From positions 1 to 64,000 of the forward strand of contig CAXXVK010000074.1 of the NCBI GenBank assembly GCA_963676915.2: a stretch of DNA of 64,000 nucleotides, read 5' to 3'. Below are positions 36,473 to 46,239 of this stretch, piece after piece. Source of the DNA: Myxococcota bacterium (GTDB lineage Bacteria; Myxococcota_A; SURF-8; G963663525). Position 1 is the first letter of the stretch. Each line of letters starts with the position of its first letter. The notes under the pieces were generated by a model. The model had not been told where the DNA came from. It searched no databases and saw nothing but the letters and a program-made list of their open reading frames with translations. The position numbers and the translations under genes are program-made.

Positions 36473-37849
36473 TTACTGCCCGATTTCCCGTAGTTTGTGT
36501 TCGACCTGACTTGCGGCCAGGTAGCCGCTACTCACGGCATGGTCCACGCCGACACCGGTTAAGTAATTCCCTGCAAATACGAGAGGTTTGAAGGTGCTTG
36601 AAAGCGCCATCAGCGTTTCGATGCGCTCCGGGTGATCCGGCAGCAGTTGAGGAATGGCCGACGGATGGCGCAGAATCCTGATGAAATCGCCCGCAGGTTG
36701 GTCGTAAAGCGTCTGCTGATCCTCGAAGGCGATACGCACGATGTCTTCGTCGCCGAGTTCCATCGCTTCTTTGTCGAACATGCCTCCGATGAACGATGTC
36801 GCCAGCCAGCGATTTTCGGGAGCGCGTCCCGCATACAGGTTGGACATGAACACCGTTCCCAGCGTGCGGATGTCGTAATGCCTCGGAATCAGACAGCCAA
36901 AGCCTTCGGGGAAAGCTCGACGCTCGTTGGTGCCACCGAAATGCACCACAACCATCGGAGCCATGGGAATACCGCCCAGAATCTCGCCGAAACGGGAGTC
37001 GATAGGCTGCAACAGGCGTGCAGAGGTATCGGGAGGTGTCGCCATTACCAGCACTTTGCAGCGATACCGATCGGAACCGGCGAGAAGGCTGTAGCCATCC
37101 TCCGTGCTTTCGATGGAATCCACCGAAACGTTGGTGCGGACATCTTCGCCGAGCGATTCTTTTTGCAGGGTTTCGGCAAGAACGCCAAGACCCTCCACGA
37201 AACTGAACAACCCTTTGCGGGTTTTCTGTGTGGGATTCGCTTTTTTCTTGGCTTTCATGTGGCGCATGGCACCCTTGATCATGCTTCCGGCCTCGTTTTC
37301 GAAATTCCAGAATTTCGGAAACGCCGCCCGTGCGCCGAGTTGCTCGGGATCTCCCCCGTAAATACCTGAAATGAAAGGTCCGGCGAGATAGCGAACCGCT
37401 TCTTCTCCGAAACGGCGAGTAAAAAATTCTTCCGCCGATTCATCGGGTTGTGCGCCGGATTTGCGGAAAGGCTCTTGCATCAGTCGCCATTTCGCTCCCA
37501 TGCTCAACAGCGGGGTGGTGAGGAAACTCCAAGCACTCATGGGCAAGGGATGAAGTTTGTTCTTGCGGTAGACGTAGCGCTTGTTCGACTCCGGGGAAGC
37601 GGAAATAACCTTACCTCCAAGTCCCAGATCTCCGATCAGTTGCCAGACGTTTTCCGCGAATCCGGGCCAGGAATGCGGGCCTTGTTCGAGCAGATAGCCG
37701 TCTTCGTGCTGTGTCCGAAGATTTCCGCCCGGTGTGGATTCCCGTTCGAGGACCAATACGTCGTGGCCGTTGCGTTTCAGTCTCCAGGCAGCGGTCAGTC
37801 CTGAAATGCCGCCACCGACAACGATGATGTCTGCTTGATGTTCGCTCAT
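36473..37849 (-). CDS. hemY: Protoporphyrinogen/coproporphyrinogen oxidase (HemY type)
   Basis: GGGISGL FAD motif, EQGPHS, GIYGGD, AIPQ, GNYLTGVG. Confidence 0.88.
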   Translation of the reverse strand: MSEHQADIIVVGGGISGLTAAWRLKRNGHDVLVLERESTPGGNLRTQHEDGYLLEQGPHSWPGFAENVWQLIGDLGLGGKVISASPESNKRYVYRKNKLHPLPMSAWSFLTTPLLSMGAKWRLMQEPFRKSGAQPDESAEEFFTRRFGEEAVRYLAGPFISGIYGGDPEQLGARAAFPKFWNFENEAGSMIKGAMRHMKAKKKANPTQKTRKGLFSFVEGLGVLAETLQKESLGEDVRTNVSVDSIESTEDGYSLLAGSDRYRCKVLVMATPPDTSARLLQPIDSRFGEILGGIPMAPMVVVHFGGTNERRAFPEGFGCLIPRHYDIRTLGTVFMSNLYAGRAPENRWLATSFIGGMFDKEAMELGDEDIVRIAFEDQQTLYDQPAGDFIRILRHPSAIPQLLPDHPERIETLMALSSTFKPLVFAGNYLTGVGVDHAVSSGYLAASQVEHKLREIGQ

Positions 37850-38853
37850 GCTTTTCTAAATACTCTGCTGGCCGTTTCCACCGCCATGGCGGCCAGAGCT
37901 TCGATGAAAAACGGGTCGTCTCCGACGGCGGAGACCCGCAACACGGTTTCGATTCCCGACTCTATTGCAAGATCCGTAGCTTTCAGGTCGAGATCGTAAA
38001 TGGTTTCGAGATGTTCACTGACGAAACTGATGGGGAACAGAATCAGCGTTTTCACGCCTTCTGCGCCAAGTCGCTTGATTTCGTCGTCGAGGTACGGTTG
38101 GGTCCACTTTGCAGGACCGAAACGACTCTGCCAGGCCAGCGAAGCCTTTTTAATTTCCGGCAGGCGCGCTCGGACCGCTTGCATCGTGGCTTCGACGCGG
38201 TAAGGGTATTCGTCGCCACGTTTGACGTAAGATAGTGGGATGCCGTGCGCCGTGAACAGGACATAGGCGTTTTCCGGGTCGATTTCGGGGACATCGACCG
38301 TTTCCGCCCATTTCATGGCCAATCCCTCGATGAAGCCGGGATGCTCGGGGTAGTCCCGAATAAAGGCGATGTTCAAGCCGAGGGTTTCGGCCGCACGTTC
38401 CAACTCGGCCATGGACGTGCCCACGGTGGTTCCCGATTCCTGCGGATACAGCGACAAGGCCACGATATTGCGGATACCCTGTTCCTTGAGTTTCCCCAAC
38501 ACGGTTTCGGCTTTGGGCTCGATGTAGCGGTAGACCGGTTCCACCTTGGCACCCAAAAGTCTTTCCATAGCGTAGCATTGTTTTCGAGTGTTGGCGGCCA
38601 GTGGCGAACCACCGATGGCCGAGTACCGTGGCTCTACTTTCTCAACACGTTTTCTCGAAACCTTTTTCGCGAAATATTTTTGGAAGAGAAAGCCCAAAGG
38701 CAGGCGAACCACCGCTGGATCGGAGAGTAATTCGTATAGAAACGGCTCGATTTGGTGCGACTTTTCAGGTGCTCCCATCGTAAAAGCCACAACGGCCGTA
38801 TCGTCCGGCAGAACGAACATGAAATCGGTACGGACGGAGCGAAAGTTGGACAT
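37846..38853 (-). CDS. hemH: Ferrochelatase
   Basis: GGSPL, LYPQ, FTAHGIP, QSRFGP, FVSEHLET. Confidence 0.92.
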   Translation of the reverse strand: MSNFRSVRTDFMFVLPDDTAVVAFTMGAPEKSHQIEPFLYELLSDPAVVRLPLGFLFQKYFAKKVSRKRVEKVEPRYSAIGGSPLAANTRKQCYAMERLLGAKVEPVYRYIEPKAETVLGKLKEQGIRNIVALSLYPQESGTTVGTSMAELERAAETLGLNIAFIRDYPEHPGFIEGLAMKWAETVDVPEIDPENAYVLFTAHGIPLSYVKRGDEYPYRVEATMQAVRARLPEIKKASLAWQSRFGPAKWTQPYLDDEIKRLGAEGVKTLILFPISFVSEHLETIYDLDLKATDLAIESGIETVLRVSAVGDDPFFIEALAAMAVETASRVFRKA

Positions 38854-38855
38854 GT

Positions 38856-40247
38856 TTACACCGTTTTGGAAAATTGAACGTTTTGCCGGTTCGCGCTTAA
38901 AAAACGATCGAACACCGTGCAAATGTTACGAATGAAAAAACGCCCCAGGGAATGAACGCGGATCTCCCGGTTGTCCCAATCCATCAGCGCATCGTTTCGG
39001 AAAACTTCCAGCTTTTGTTGTTCGTCGGAAAACGTTTTCCAGAAATCGATATCGAATGCGGCTTCGTAACGGTCGATTTCCAAATGGAAATTGCAGAACA
39101 GATCGAGAATGATATCCCGTCGAAGCAGGTCTTCTTCCGTCATCAAGTAGCCGCGCATCCAGGGCACAGAGTCGGCGAGAGTCTTATCGTAAGGTTCGAG
39201 ATCCTTGAGGTTTTGCGTATAGGTTCCATGCACCGAGGAAATCGCTGAAACGCCCAACGCCACGAGGTCGCGACCCCGCATCGTCGTATATCCCATAAAG
39301 TTGCGGTGCAACGTGCGCTTTTGCAGCGCTTGATACAAAGGATCGTCTTTTTTCGCGAAGTGATCCATGCCAACGGGCACGTAGTTTTTCTCCACGAATG
39401 CATCGAAGGCTTCGCCGAATACGGCGATTTTTTCTTCGTCGTTGGGAAGGCCGTATTTTTCCAGGGCTTTTTGATGCGGTTTGAGCGTCGGAAGGTGGGC
39501 GTAGCTGAACAGCGCGATACGTGACGGCTGAAAGTCCACGACTTGGGACGCCGTTTCGATCATGGTTTTGGCCGATTGTCCGGGAAGACCGAAAATCAGA
39601 TCGAAATTGATGCTTTCGACTCCACGAGCACGCAGGAATTCCACCTGTTTTCCAATGGTTTCGGTTTCTTGCGGGCGCCCGACGTACTGCATCACCGTGG
39701 CGTTCAAATCCTGAATGCCGAAACTGAAGCGATTGAAACCAAGATCTACCAGCGCTCCGAGGTAGTTTTCGTCTACGCTGCGCGGATCGATTTCGATCGA
39801 ACGTTCTCCGTTGGGATCGAAACCGAAGCGGTGGTCGATTTCTCGCACCAATCGTTGCATTTGTTCGATGGGCAAAAAGGTTGGTGTTCCTCCGCCCATG
39901 GCCAACTGTTCGATGATCCGTCCGGGACCGATGGTGTCGGCGATGCGATCCATTTCCCGCAAGAGGTTGTCTACGTAACCTGTGGAAATCGCAGAATCCT
40001 GCCGGACGAAGGTGTGACAACCGCAGTAAAGACAACGTTTTTTACAAAACGGAACGTGAACGTACAGGGAGATGGGATCTTCGCTGGACCAACCTTCGAT
40101 CCACCGTCGACGGGCTTCGTCACGGTCGAATGTCTCGGTGAAGTTCGGAGCCGTCGGATAGCTGGTGTAACGTGGCGCTCGTGTCGAATAGGTTTCCCAG
40201 TACCTTTTTGGAACGCTTTTGGGGGAAACGAACGTTTCGGATGTCAT
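38856..40247 (-). CDS. hemN: Oxygen-independent coproporphyrinogen III oxidase
   Basis: PRYTSYPTA, CKKRCLYCGC, GGGTP, HRNFMGY. Confidence 0.93.
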   Translation of the reverse strand: MTSETFVSPKSVPKRYWETYSTRAPRYTSYPTAPNFTETFDRDEARRRWIEGWSSEDPISLYVHVPFCKKRCLYCGCHTFVRQDSAISTGYVDNLLREMDRIADTIGPGRIIEQLAMGGGTPTFLPIEQMQRLVREIDHRFGFDPNGERSIEIDPRSVDENYLGALVDLGFNRFSFGIQDLNATVMQYVGRPQETETIGKQVEFLRARGVESINFDLIFGLPGQSAKTMIETASQVVDFQPSRIALFSYAHLPTLKPHQKALEKYGLPNDEEKIAVFGEAFDAFVEKNYVPVGMDHFAKKDDPLYQALQKRTLHRNFMGYTTMRGRDLVALGVSAISSVHGTYTQNLKDLEPYDKTLADSVPWMRGYLMTEEDLLRRDIILDLFCNFHLEIDRYEAAFDIDFWKTFSDEQQKLEVFRNDALMDWDNREIRVHSLGRFFIRNICTVFDRFLSANRQNVQFSKTV

Positions 40248-41279
40248 TTATGCCTCGTTGCTCAGATTTTGAACGGCGTTGACCAGTGTTTCCACCGCAT
40301 CAAGTGGAGTATCGGGACGAATGCCGTGACCCAGGTTGAAAATGTGTCCTATCCCACCGGTTTCGTTATGGATTCTGGATACTTCCGCTTGAATGCGTTC
40401 CTTGGGACCGTACAGAACCGCCGGATCGAGATTCCCTTGCAAAGCGAAATCGTCCCCGACTCTTTGGCGTACTTGTGAGAGATTCTGCCGCCAGTCGATA
40501 CCTAGCACGTCGGCACCGCTTTCTGCCATAAGTTCCAGAACGCCGGAACCGTCCTTGACGAAAAGAATCAACGGGACTCCGAGCGGTTTCAAGGCTTTGA
40601 AAATCTTTTGGTGATAGGGATGAACCAGTTCCCGGTAATCGCTGGGTTGCAGTTGTCCAGCCCAAGTGTCGAACAATTGCACTGCGGCGGCTCCCGAACG
40701 AATTTGCAGACGCAGCAGATCGATGACTACACGGGTAAGGCGCTCCATCAATCCATGATAAAATTCCGGATCTCGATAGGCTTTGACGCGAAGTGCGAAA
40801 TGGTGGTCCCAGTCGTTTTTTTTCAGCATGTAACAGGCCAGAGTGAAAGGCGCTCCGGCGAATCCGAGGATAGGGGTTTCGTTGTTTGATTTTTCGCTAA
40901 CGATTTCAATGGCTTCCCCGATAAACGACAGGGATTCGGAAGCCTCGACATCTTGGAGTTTCCGAAGGTCGTCGAGGGTTTGCAGACCCGGTTCGAGCAG
41001 TGGACCGCCTTTGGGAAAACTTAATGTCATTCCCATGGCTTCCGGAACGATGAGAATGTCCGAAAAAATGATTCCCGCATCGAATCCGAAACGTCGCAAA
41101 GGCTGCAACGTGGCTTCTGCCGCTAATTCGGGAGTATGACAGACCTCGACGAAATCGTGCTTTTCTCTCAGTTCGAGATATTCCGGCAGGTAGCGTCCCG
41201 CTTGTCTCATAATCCAGAGCGGCGGACGATCCACCGGTTTGCTGTGGCAGGCGGATTGGAATCTCGTAATGCGGTCCAT
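40248..41279 (-). CDS. hemE: Uroporphyrinogen decarboxylase
   Basis: WIMRQAGRYLPEY, FSDIL, QGNLDP, NLGHG. Confidence 0.95.
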   Translation of the reverse strand: MDRITRFQSACHSKPVDRPPLWIMRQAGRYLPEYLELREKHDFVEVCHTPELAAEATLQPLRRFGFDAGIIFSDILIVPEAMGMTLSFPKGGPLLEPGLQTLDDLRKLQDVEASESLSFIGEAIEIVSEKSNNETPILGFAGAPFTLACYMLKKNDWDHHFALRVKAYRDPEFYHGLMERLTRVVIDLLRLQIRSGAAAVQLFDTWAGQLQPSDYRELVHPYHQKIFKALKPLGVPLILFVKDGSGVLELMAESGADVLGIDWRQNLSQVRQRVGDDFALQGNLDPAVLYGPKERIQAEVSRIHNETGGIGHIFNLGHGIRPDTPLDAVETLVNAVQNLSNEA

Positions 41280-41414
41280 GGTTCTCCGTTCTTTTTATAA
41301 CCTGCATCCAATGATTTGTCTGACAATGTAAGCCATGGGATTCAAATGACAAGGGATGAATATCACGAGTGAGTTTGATATGTCACGGTTTTGTCACCGA
41401 TTTGTTGTTTGTTG

Positions 41415-41451
41415 AAAAAAAACGCCCAATACATCATGAAATGATTGGGCG
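41415..41451 (-). terminator. Intrinsic terminator of the RACo-cooC unit
   Basis: CGCCCAAT/ATTGGGCG stem with a T8 tail on the minus strand. Confidence 0.65.
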
Positions 41452-41513
41452 ATGGAAGGTCATGTTGTGGAATCAAGGATGGGAAAAGCATCCACCAAGT
41501 TGGAAACTACCTA

Positions 41514-42380
41514 GGCAGTGTCGTCACGAGATATCAAGCCAGAGAGCGAGACATCTGATATGAACGGCTGCGAGGAAAGATGCCGCGTTTTTTGCGTATC
41601 GTGTAGCGATTCCTCGCCATCGTTTCAGTTTCAGAAAAGCGTTTTCGACCAGATGTCGAACACGATAAAGCTCTTTATCGTATGGTCGTTGAACTTTCCG
41701 ATTCTTTTTCGGAGGAATGACTGCCACCATCTCCGCGTTTTCGGCTTTTTCAAGGATCACGTTCGTATCGTAGCCGCGATCAGCCAATAAATACTCGGCG
41801 TCGATTCCTTCGATCAATGCGCAAGCTTCCTTGCAATCTGCTCGGGTACCCTCTGTAACAATCGCTCGGACTGGATTACCATGCGCATCCACGGCCAAAT
41901 GTATCTTACTGTTGAGCCCCCTTTTGTACGGCCCATCGCTTGATTGCCACCCTTCGCTCCTGCGGCGTCAGGATGCACTTTGACGTGGCTGGCGTCGATC
42001 ATCAACCATTCGTAGTCGGGATCGTCAATGAGGATCTCAAGCAATTTCTCCCAGATTCCCTTGTCGCGCCATCGGCAAAAACGACGGTTCGTGTTGTTCC
42101 AGCCACCGTAATCCGGGGGTAGGTCACGCCACGGCGCACCGGTACGCAGAATCCAGAAAACAGCATTGATGAATCGTCGATTGTCTTCCGCCACGCCTCC
42201 CCACTCGCCGGAGCGTCCAGGTAGATGGGGTTCCAGGAGATTCCATACGTGATCGGAAATATCGTGACGATGGTAGGCAGCTTCCATGGTAATTCCTCTC
42301 GATATATTCTAGTAAATAGAAATATATCGAGAAGCCGAGGATTTTGTCCAGATAAATCGTTTTCTCGTGTCGACACTGTC
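41514..42380 (-). mobile_element. IS5-family insertion sequence, copy 2
   Basis: Same IRs, same 867-bp length and identical ORF translations as copy 1; TA duplication within CTAG. Confidence 0.92.
41524..42287 (-). CDS. IS5-family transposase (-1 frameshift)
   Basis: Translations identical to 1130-1893. Confidence 0.88.
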
Positions 42381-43132
42381 TAGAAAACGCTCTCAAGAAT
42401 CTTGTTGACCGCGACCACGGAAGGCGAATCGTCCGGTAAATCCAGCAAGGAACGTTGTTCGAAATCATAGGTTTCGAGGTTTTGATCTGCGGGAATCTGT
42501 CCTACGATGGTCAGCCCCAGCTTTTCGACTTCTGCAAGGAAGGCCGGATCGAGCGTTTCGGGAGCGCGGTTGACGACCAGTCCTTTTTCTCCGATGTTCA
42601 AATCAAGACCATCGATCAATTCGTTGATCCGGCGCACGGCTCGCAGCCCGCGAAGTGCATGATCGGAAACGAGAAGCAGGTAGTCGATTTTGTGGTTGGT
42701 GCGGCGGCTCAGGTGTTCCATGCCAGCTTCGTTGTCCACCACCATCGTTTTGTAGTTTTCCGCCAGCTCTTCGGAGTATTTTCGAAGAATGTTGTTGATG
42801 AAGCAGTAACAGCCCGGTCCTTCCTGGCGACCCATCACCAGCATATCGAAACCGGTGGATTCGAGAACGACCTGATTCAACTGCATACTCAGATAAATCT
42901 CTTTTGACATACCGGCGGGAACTTCGCCCTTTTTCTGGAAAAAGTCCTCTCTCATTCCGCCGATGGTTCTGTCTACGTTGATTCCCAGGGATTCACCCAG
43001 ATTGCTGTTGGGATCGGCATCGACGGCCAATACGGGTTTGTGGTTGCTCTGAATCAGGCTACGTACGGTCAGCGCCGAAATCGTGGTTTTTCCCGTTCCG
43101 CCTTTTCCTGCGACGGCGATAACTTTCGTCAT
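42380..43132 (-). CDS. cooC: CooC/AcsF-type nickel-insertion ATPase
   Basis: GKGGTGKT, DADPNSN, GPGCYC, DNEAGMEHLSR. Confidence 0.85.
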   Translation of the reverse strand: MTKVIAVAGKGGTGKTTISALTVRSLIQSNHKPVLAVDADPNSNLGESLGINVDRTIGGMREDFFQKKGEVPAGMSKEIYLSMQLNQVVLESTGFDMLVMGRQEGPGCYCFINNILRKYSEELAENYKTMVVDNEAGMEHLSRRTNHKIDYLLLVSDHALRGLRAVRRINELIDGLDLNIGEKGLVVNRAPETLDPAFLAEVEKLGLTIVGQIPADQNLETYDFEQRSLLDLPDDSPSVVAVNKILESVF

Positions 43133-43141
43133 GGCTTTTCC

Positions 43142-45115
43142 TTATTTCTGGTTTTGTAGAAGTTGTTTCACGGAAGGAAACAGCGTGTCATCGGTGTGAG
43201 GCAGGAACATCCCCGCCATATATTCATCCATGAACCGGCTATCCGCTCCCAAGTCGATATACGTCATTTGCGCGGCGATGGCGTCGCCTTCGGCCATGCC
43301 TTTTCCACATTGCAAGGCAAGACGCGCACCCATTAGAGAGCCGTTGCCGATGAAGGTAAAGCGCTCGATCGGCAGATCCGGCAACAGGCCGATAATCACC
43401 GCTCGCTCGACATCCAGGCTTTGTCCGAAGGAACCGGCAATGATGACCTGCTCCAGCATGGAAGGTTCCATACCAGCGTCGGTCAACAGCGTGCGAATTC
43501 CGGAGTAAACCGCCGATTTGGCACGCATTAGGTTATCGAGGTCCACTTCGGTCAGGGTAATATCCTGGTCGATGTCAGAGTCTTCGGCCCAGACCAGAAC
43601 GTATTCCATGCCCTCGTCGCCTTCGCGCAGACGTGGGATATTCAGGTCGCTGGAGTACTTTCCGTTGGGCTGCAACACTCCTGCCAGGAATAAACCTGCT
43701 ACGACGTTGATCAGGCCCGAGCCGCAGATACCTTTTGCCGGTTTCTGGCCGATGGTCAGGATCATCGGTTCGGCATCCGCGCCGTTGAGGTGGAAATCCT
43801 CGATGGCTCCGTCCATGGCCCGCATTCCGTGGCGGATTTCGCCGCCTTCAAAAGCCGGACCCGCCGAGCAGGAGGCACTAAGCAAGAAATCCTGACTTCC
43901 GAGGACGATCTCGCCGTTCGTACCCAGGTCGATGAACAGCGTCAGTTTTTCTTGTTTGGAGAAGCCGGAAATCAGCGTACCGGCTACGATATCCCCACCG
44001 ACCCAGGCCGAAACGGACGGAACCGTGAACAGTTCGGCATACTGTGAAGTTTTAAGACCGATCGATTGTGCCGGTACCGGCGGTGTAAAACGAGCTACCG
44101 GTGTATGGGGGGCCATCTGGATATACTTCGGTTCGAGACCCAACATGATGTGAGACATCGTGGTATTGCCTGCCGCTACGAAATACACGATATTTTCTGC
44201 CGAGATACCGCTTTTTTCGCACATTTGCTTCAAAAGCATGTTCATTGTCTCGACAACAGCGCCCTGTACTTTGTGAATACCGGCCTTTTTACAGGCAAGG
44301 ATACGGTTGATGACATCCGCTCCGAAGCGAGATTGTGCGTTGTAGTCGGCGGCGTCTGCGAGAACTTTTCCGCTACGAAGGTCAATCAAGCTGGCCCATA
44401 CGGAGGTTGTTCCGATGTCGTAGGCCACGGCGTACAAGTTGTCCGAGGTGTCGCCCGCTTCCAGACGGATCACTGTGGGAATGCAGGCACCGAAAAGGTT
44501 GTTTTCGGTCTGCGGGATTCGGATCGTCGCCGTGACTTCTCCGCCTTTTTCCCGAAGAATTTCAGGGATTCCTTTCAGTACCTCGTATTCGATACCGACT
44601 TTTTCGTAAGGAGTCGCCGCACGTAAAGCCGCCAGCAAACGGTCCAGGTCGGGAGAATTGACATCCATCGTCGGTTCAGGCACCACGACGCGTACTTTGT
44701 CGATCACCGGTCGGACGCCGCATTCCTCGATTACGGCCTCAATATCGATGCCGGTGAGTTTCGAACGGCTGGTTCCTTTGGAACGTGTCGGAAGGGTTCC
44801 CGTGACGCGGGTGGCTTCCGGTACCGTGACCGTCAGATCGCCGGTGACGTTGGTGCAGCAGGCGAGATAGGTGTCCGGTGGAAGTTCGCCCGGATTTTTT
44901 CTCGGTGGAATTTTTTCGTAACTTCCATCGAGTTTGACCCGGCATTTGCCGCAGACACGTGCGCCGCCGCAGTTGGCGTCGATATGAATGTCATTGGCCA
45001 TGGCGAGCTTCAAAAGATTTTCGCCCTCGGCAACTTCAACCTTGATGTCGTCCGGCAGAAAATGAACTTGGCAGCGTTTGGGTTCCATAAGGGTATCTCC
45101 ACGGTCAGAATTCAT
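43142..45115 (-). CDS. RACo/AcsV-type corrinoid reductive activator (2Fe-2S + ASKHA)
   Basis: CGGARVCGKC, DIGTT, GNTTM, DLGTNGE, AGPAFEG, GICGSG. Confidence 0.88.
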   Translation of the reverse strand: MNSDRGDTLMEPKRCQVHFLPDDIKVEVAEGENLLKLAMANDIHIDANCGGARVCGKCRVKLDGSYEKIPPRKNPGELPPDTYLACCTNVTGDLTVTVPEATRVTGTLPTRSKGTSRSKLTGIDIEAVIEECGVRPVIDKVRVVVPEPTMDVNSPDLDRLLAALRAATPYEKVGIEYEVLKGIPEILREKGGEVTATIRIPQTENNLFGACIPTVIRLEAGDTSDNLYAVAYDIGTTSVWASLIDLRSGKVLADAADYNAQSRFGADVINRILACKKAGIHKVQGAVVETMNMLLKQMCEKSGISAENIVYFVAAGNTTMSHIMLGLEPKYIQMAPHTPVARFTPPVPAQSIGLKTSQYAELFTVPSVSAWVGGDIVAGTLISGFSKQEKLTLFIDLGTNGEIVLGSQDFLLSASCSAGPAFEGGEIRHGMRAMDGAIEDFHLNGADAEPMILTIGQKPAKGICGSGLINVVAGLFLAGVLQPNGKYSSDLNIPRLREGDEGMEYVLVWAEDSDIDQDITLTEVDLDNLMRAKSAVYSGIRTLLTDAGMEPSMLEQVIIAGSFGQSLDVERAVIIGLLPDLPIERFTFIGNGSLMGARLALQCGKGMAEGDAIAAQMTYIDLGADSRFMDEYMAGMFLPHTDDTLFPSVKQLLQNQK

Positions 45116-45183
45116 AAGAAGTATGGGGTCTCAATCGGTCAAGGTCAATAGCCGAATCTGCGGAATTCGGATTGTTTTGGCCC

Positions 45184-45218
45184 AAAAAAACCGGGCTCGT
45201 TACGTTAGAGCCCGGTTC
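45184..45218 (-). terminator. Intrinsic terminator after folD
   Basis: AACCGGGCTC/GAGCCCGGTT stem with a T-run on the minus strand. Confidence 0.75.
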
Positions 45219-45238
45219 GAAACGAAACGTTTCACATT

Positions 45239-46132
45239 TTAGCCCTCAAGAGCGAATTTGGCGGATTTGAGGGTGTTTTTCATCAGCATGGTGATGGTCA
45301 TGGGGCCGACGCCACCCGGAACCGGAGTGATTTTGCCGGCGATTTCCTTGGCCTTGTCGAAATCTACGTCCCCGCGCAGGATGGCTTTGCCGGTTTTTTC
45401 GCTGACGCCGACACGGTTGACTCCTACGTCGATGACGGTCGCGCCAGGCTTGATCCATTCGGGCTTGACGAGGTTCGGTACGCCAGCCGCGACGACGAGG
45501 ATGTCGGCACGCTTGCAATGGCCTGCAAGGTCTTTCGTACGGGTGTGCACGATGGTCACGGTACTGTTGGCACCAACGCCTTTTTGCGCCATCATGATCG
45601 CGATGGGCTTGCCGACGATGTTCGACCGACCGACTACGACCGTTTCCGCACCGGAAGTTTCCGTGCCGGAACGGACGATCATTTCCTGGATGCCTGCTGG
45701 CGTGCAGGGCGCGAATTTCACTTCATTGCCGCCGATCATCAGGCGACCGACGTTGACCGGATGGAAGCCGTCCACGTCCTTGTCGGGATCGATGGCGTTG
45801 AGCACTTTTTTCTCGTCGATATGCTTGGGCAGCGGCAATTGCACGAGAATGCCGTGGATTTTCGCATCGTTGTTGTATTTGTCGATCAGCGCCAGCAGAT
45901 CTTCTTCGGAAATATCCACCGGTTGGGTGTCCTGAACTTCATGAAATCCCACCTGGTGGGCGGTTTTGATTTTCAGGCTGACGTAACTTTGGGAGGCGGG
46001 ATTCTCGCCCACGAGAATGGTCACCAGTCCGGGGACAGTCCCGTGTTTTTCCTTCATTTCCTTCACTTCCTGGGTAATTTCTTCCAGGATGACTTTTCGA
46101 ATCTCGGTACCCGAAATGATTTCAGCGGACAT
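45239..46132 (-). CDS. folD: Methylenetetrahydrofolate dehydrogenase/cyclohydrolase
   Basis: KDVDGFHP, PCTPAG, GRSNIVGKP, TPVPGGVGPMT. Confidence 0.95.
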   Translation of the reverse strand: MSAEIISGTEIRKVILEEITQEVKEMKEKHGTVPGLVTILVGENPASQSYVSLKIKTAHQVGFHEVQDTQPVDISEEDLLALIDKYNNDAKIHGILVQLPLPKHIDEKKVLNAIDPDKDVDGFHPVNVGRLMIGGNEVKFAPCTPAGIQEMIVRSGTETSGAETVVVGRSNIVGKPIAIMMAQKGVGANSTVTIVHTRTKDLAGHCKRADILVVAAGVPNLVKPEWIKPGATVIDVGVNRVGVSEKTGKAILRGDVDFDKAKEIAGKITPVPGGVGPMTITMLMKNTLKSAKFALEG

Positions 46133-46239
46133 GCTTTTCACCTCGTTTGTAAGGGTGCTCAAAACACCCGAGTGATTTATCGTTCCGAACACGAATCAGG
46201 GGCGCTGGTGCGCCCCTGGAAGAATCTAAAAGCAAGGAC

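Noticed and set aside
35209-36591. Long antisense ORFs (460 aa here; also 46444-48009, 34173-35315, 60185-61276, 62600-63646)
   Set aside because: Shadows of well-supported genes on the opposite strand, with no recognisable motifs.
1120-42380. Composite transposon bounded by the two IS copies
   Set aside because: Each copy has its own TA duplication, and the interval includes tmRNA, his and hem core genes; independent insertions are simpler.
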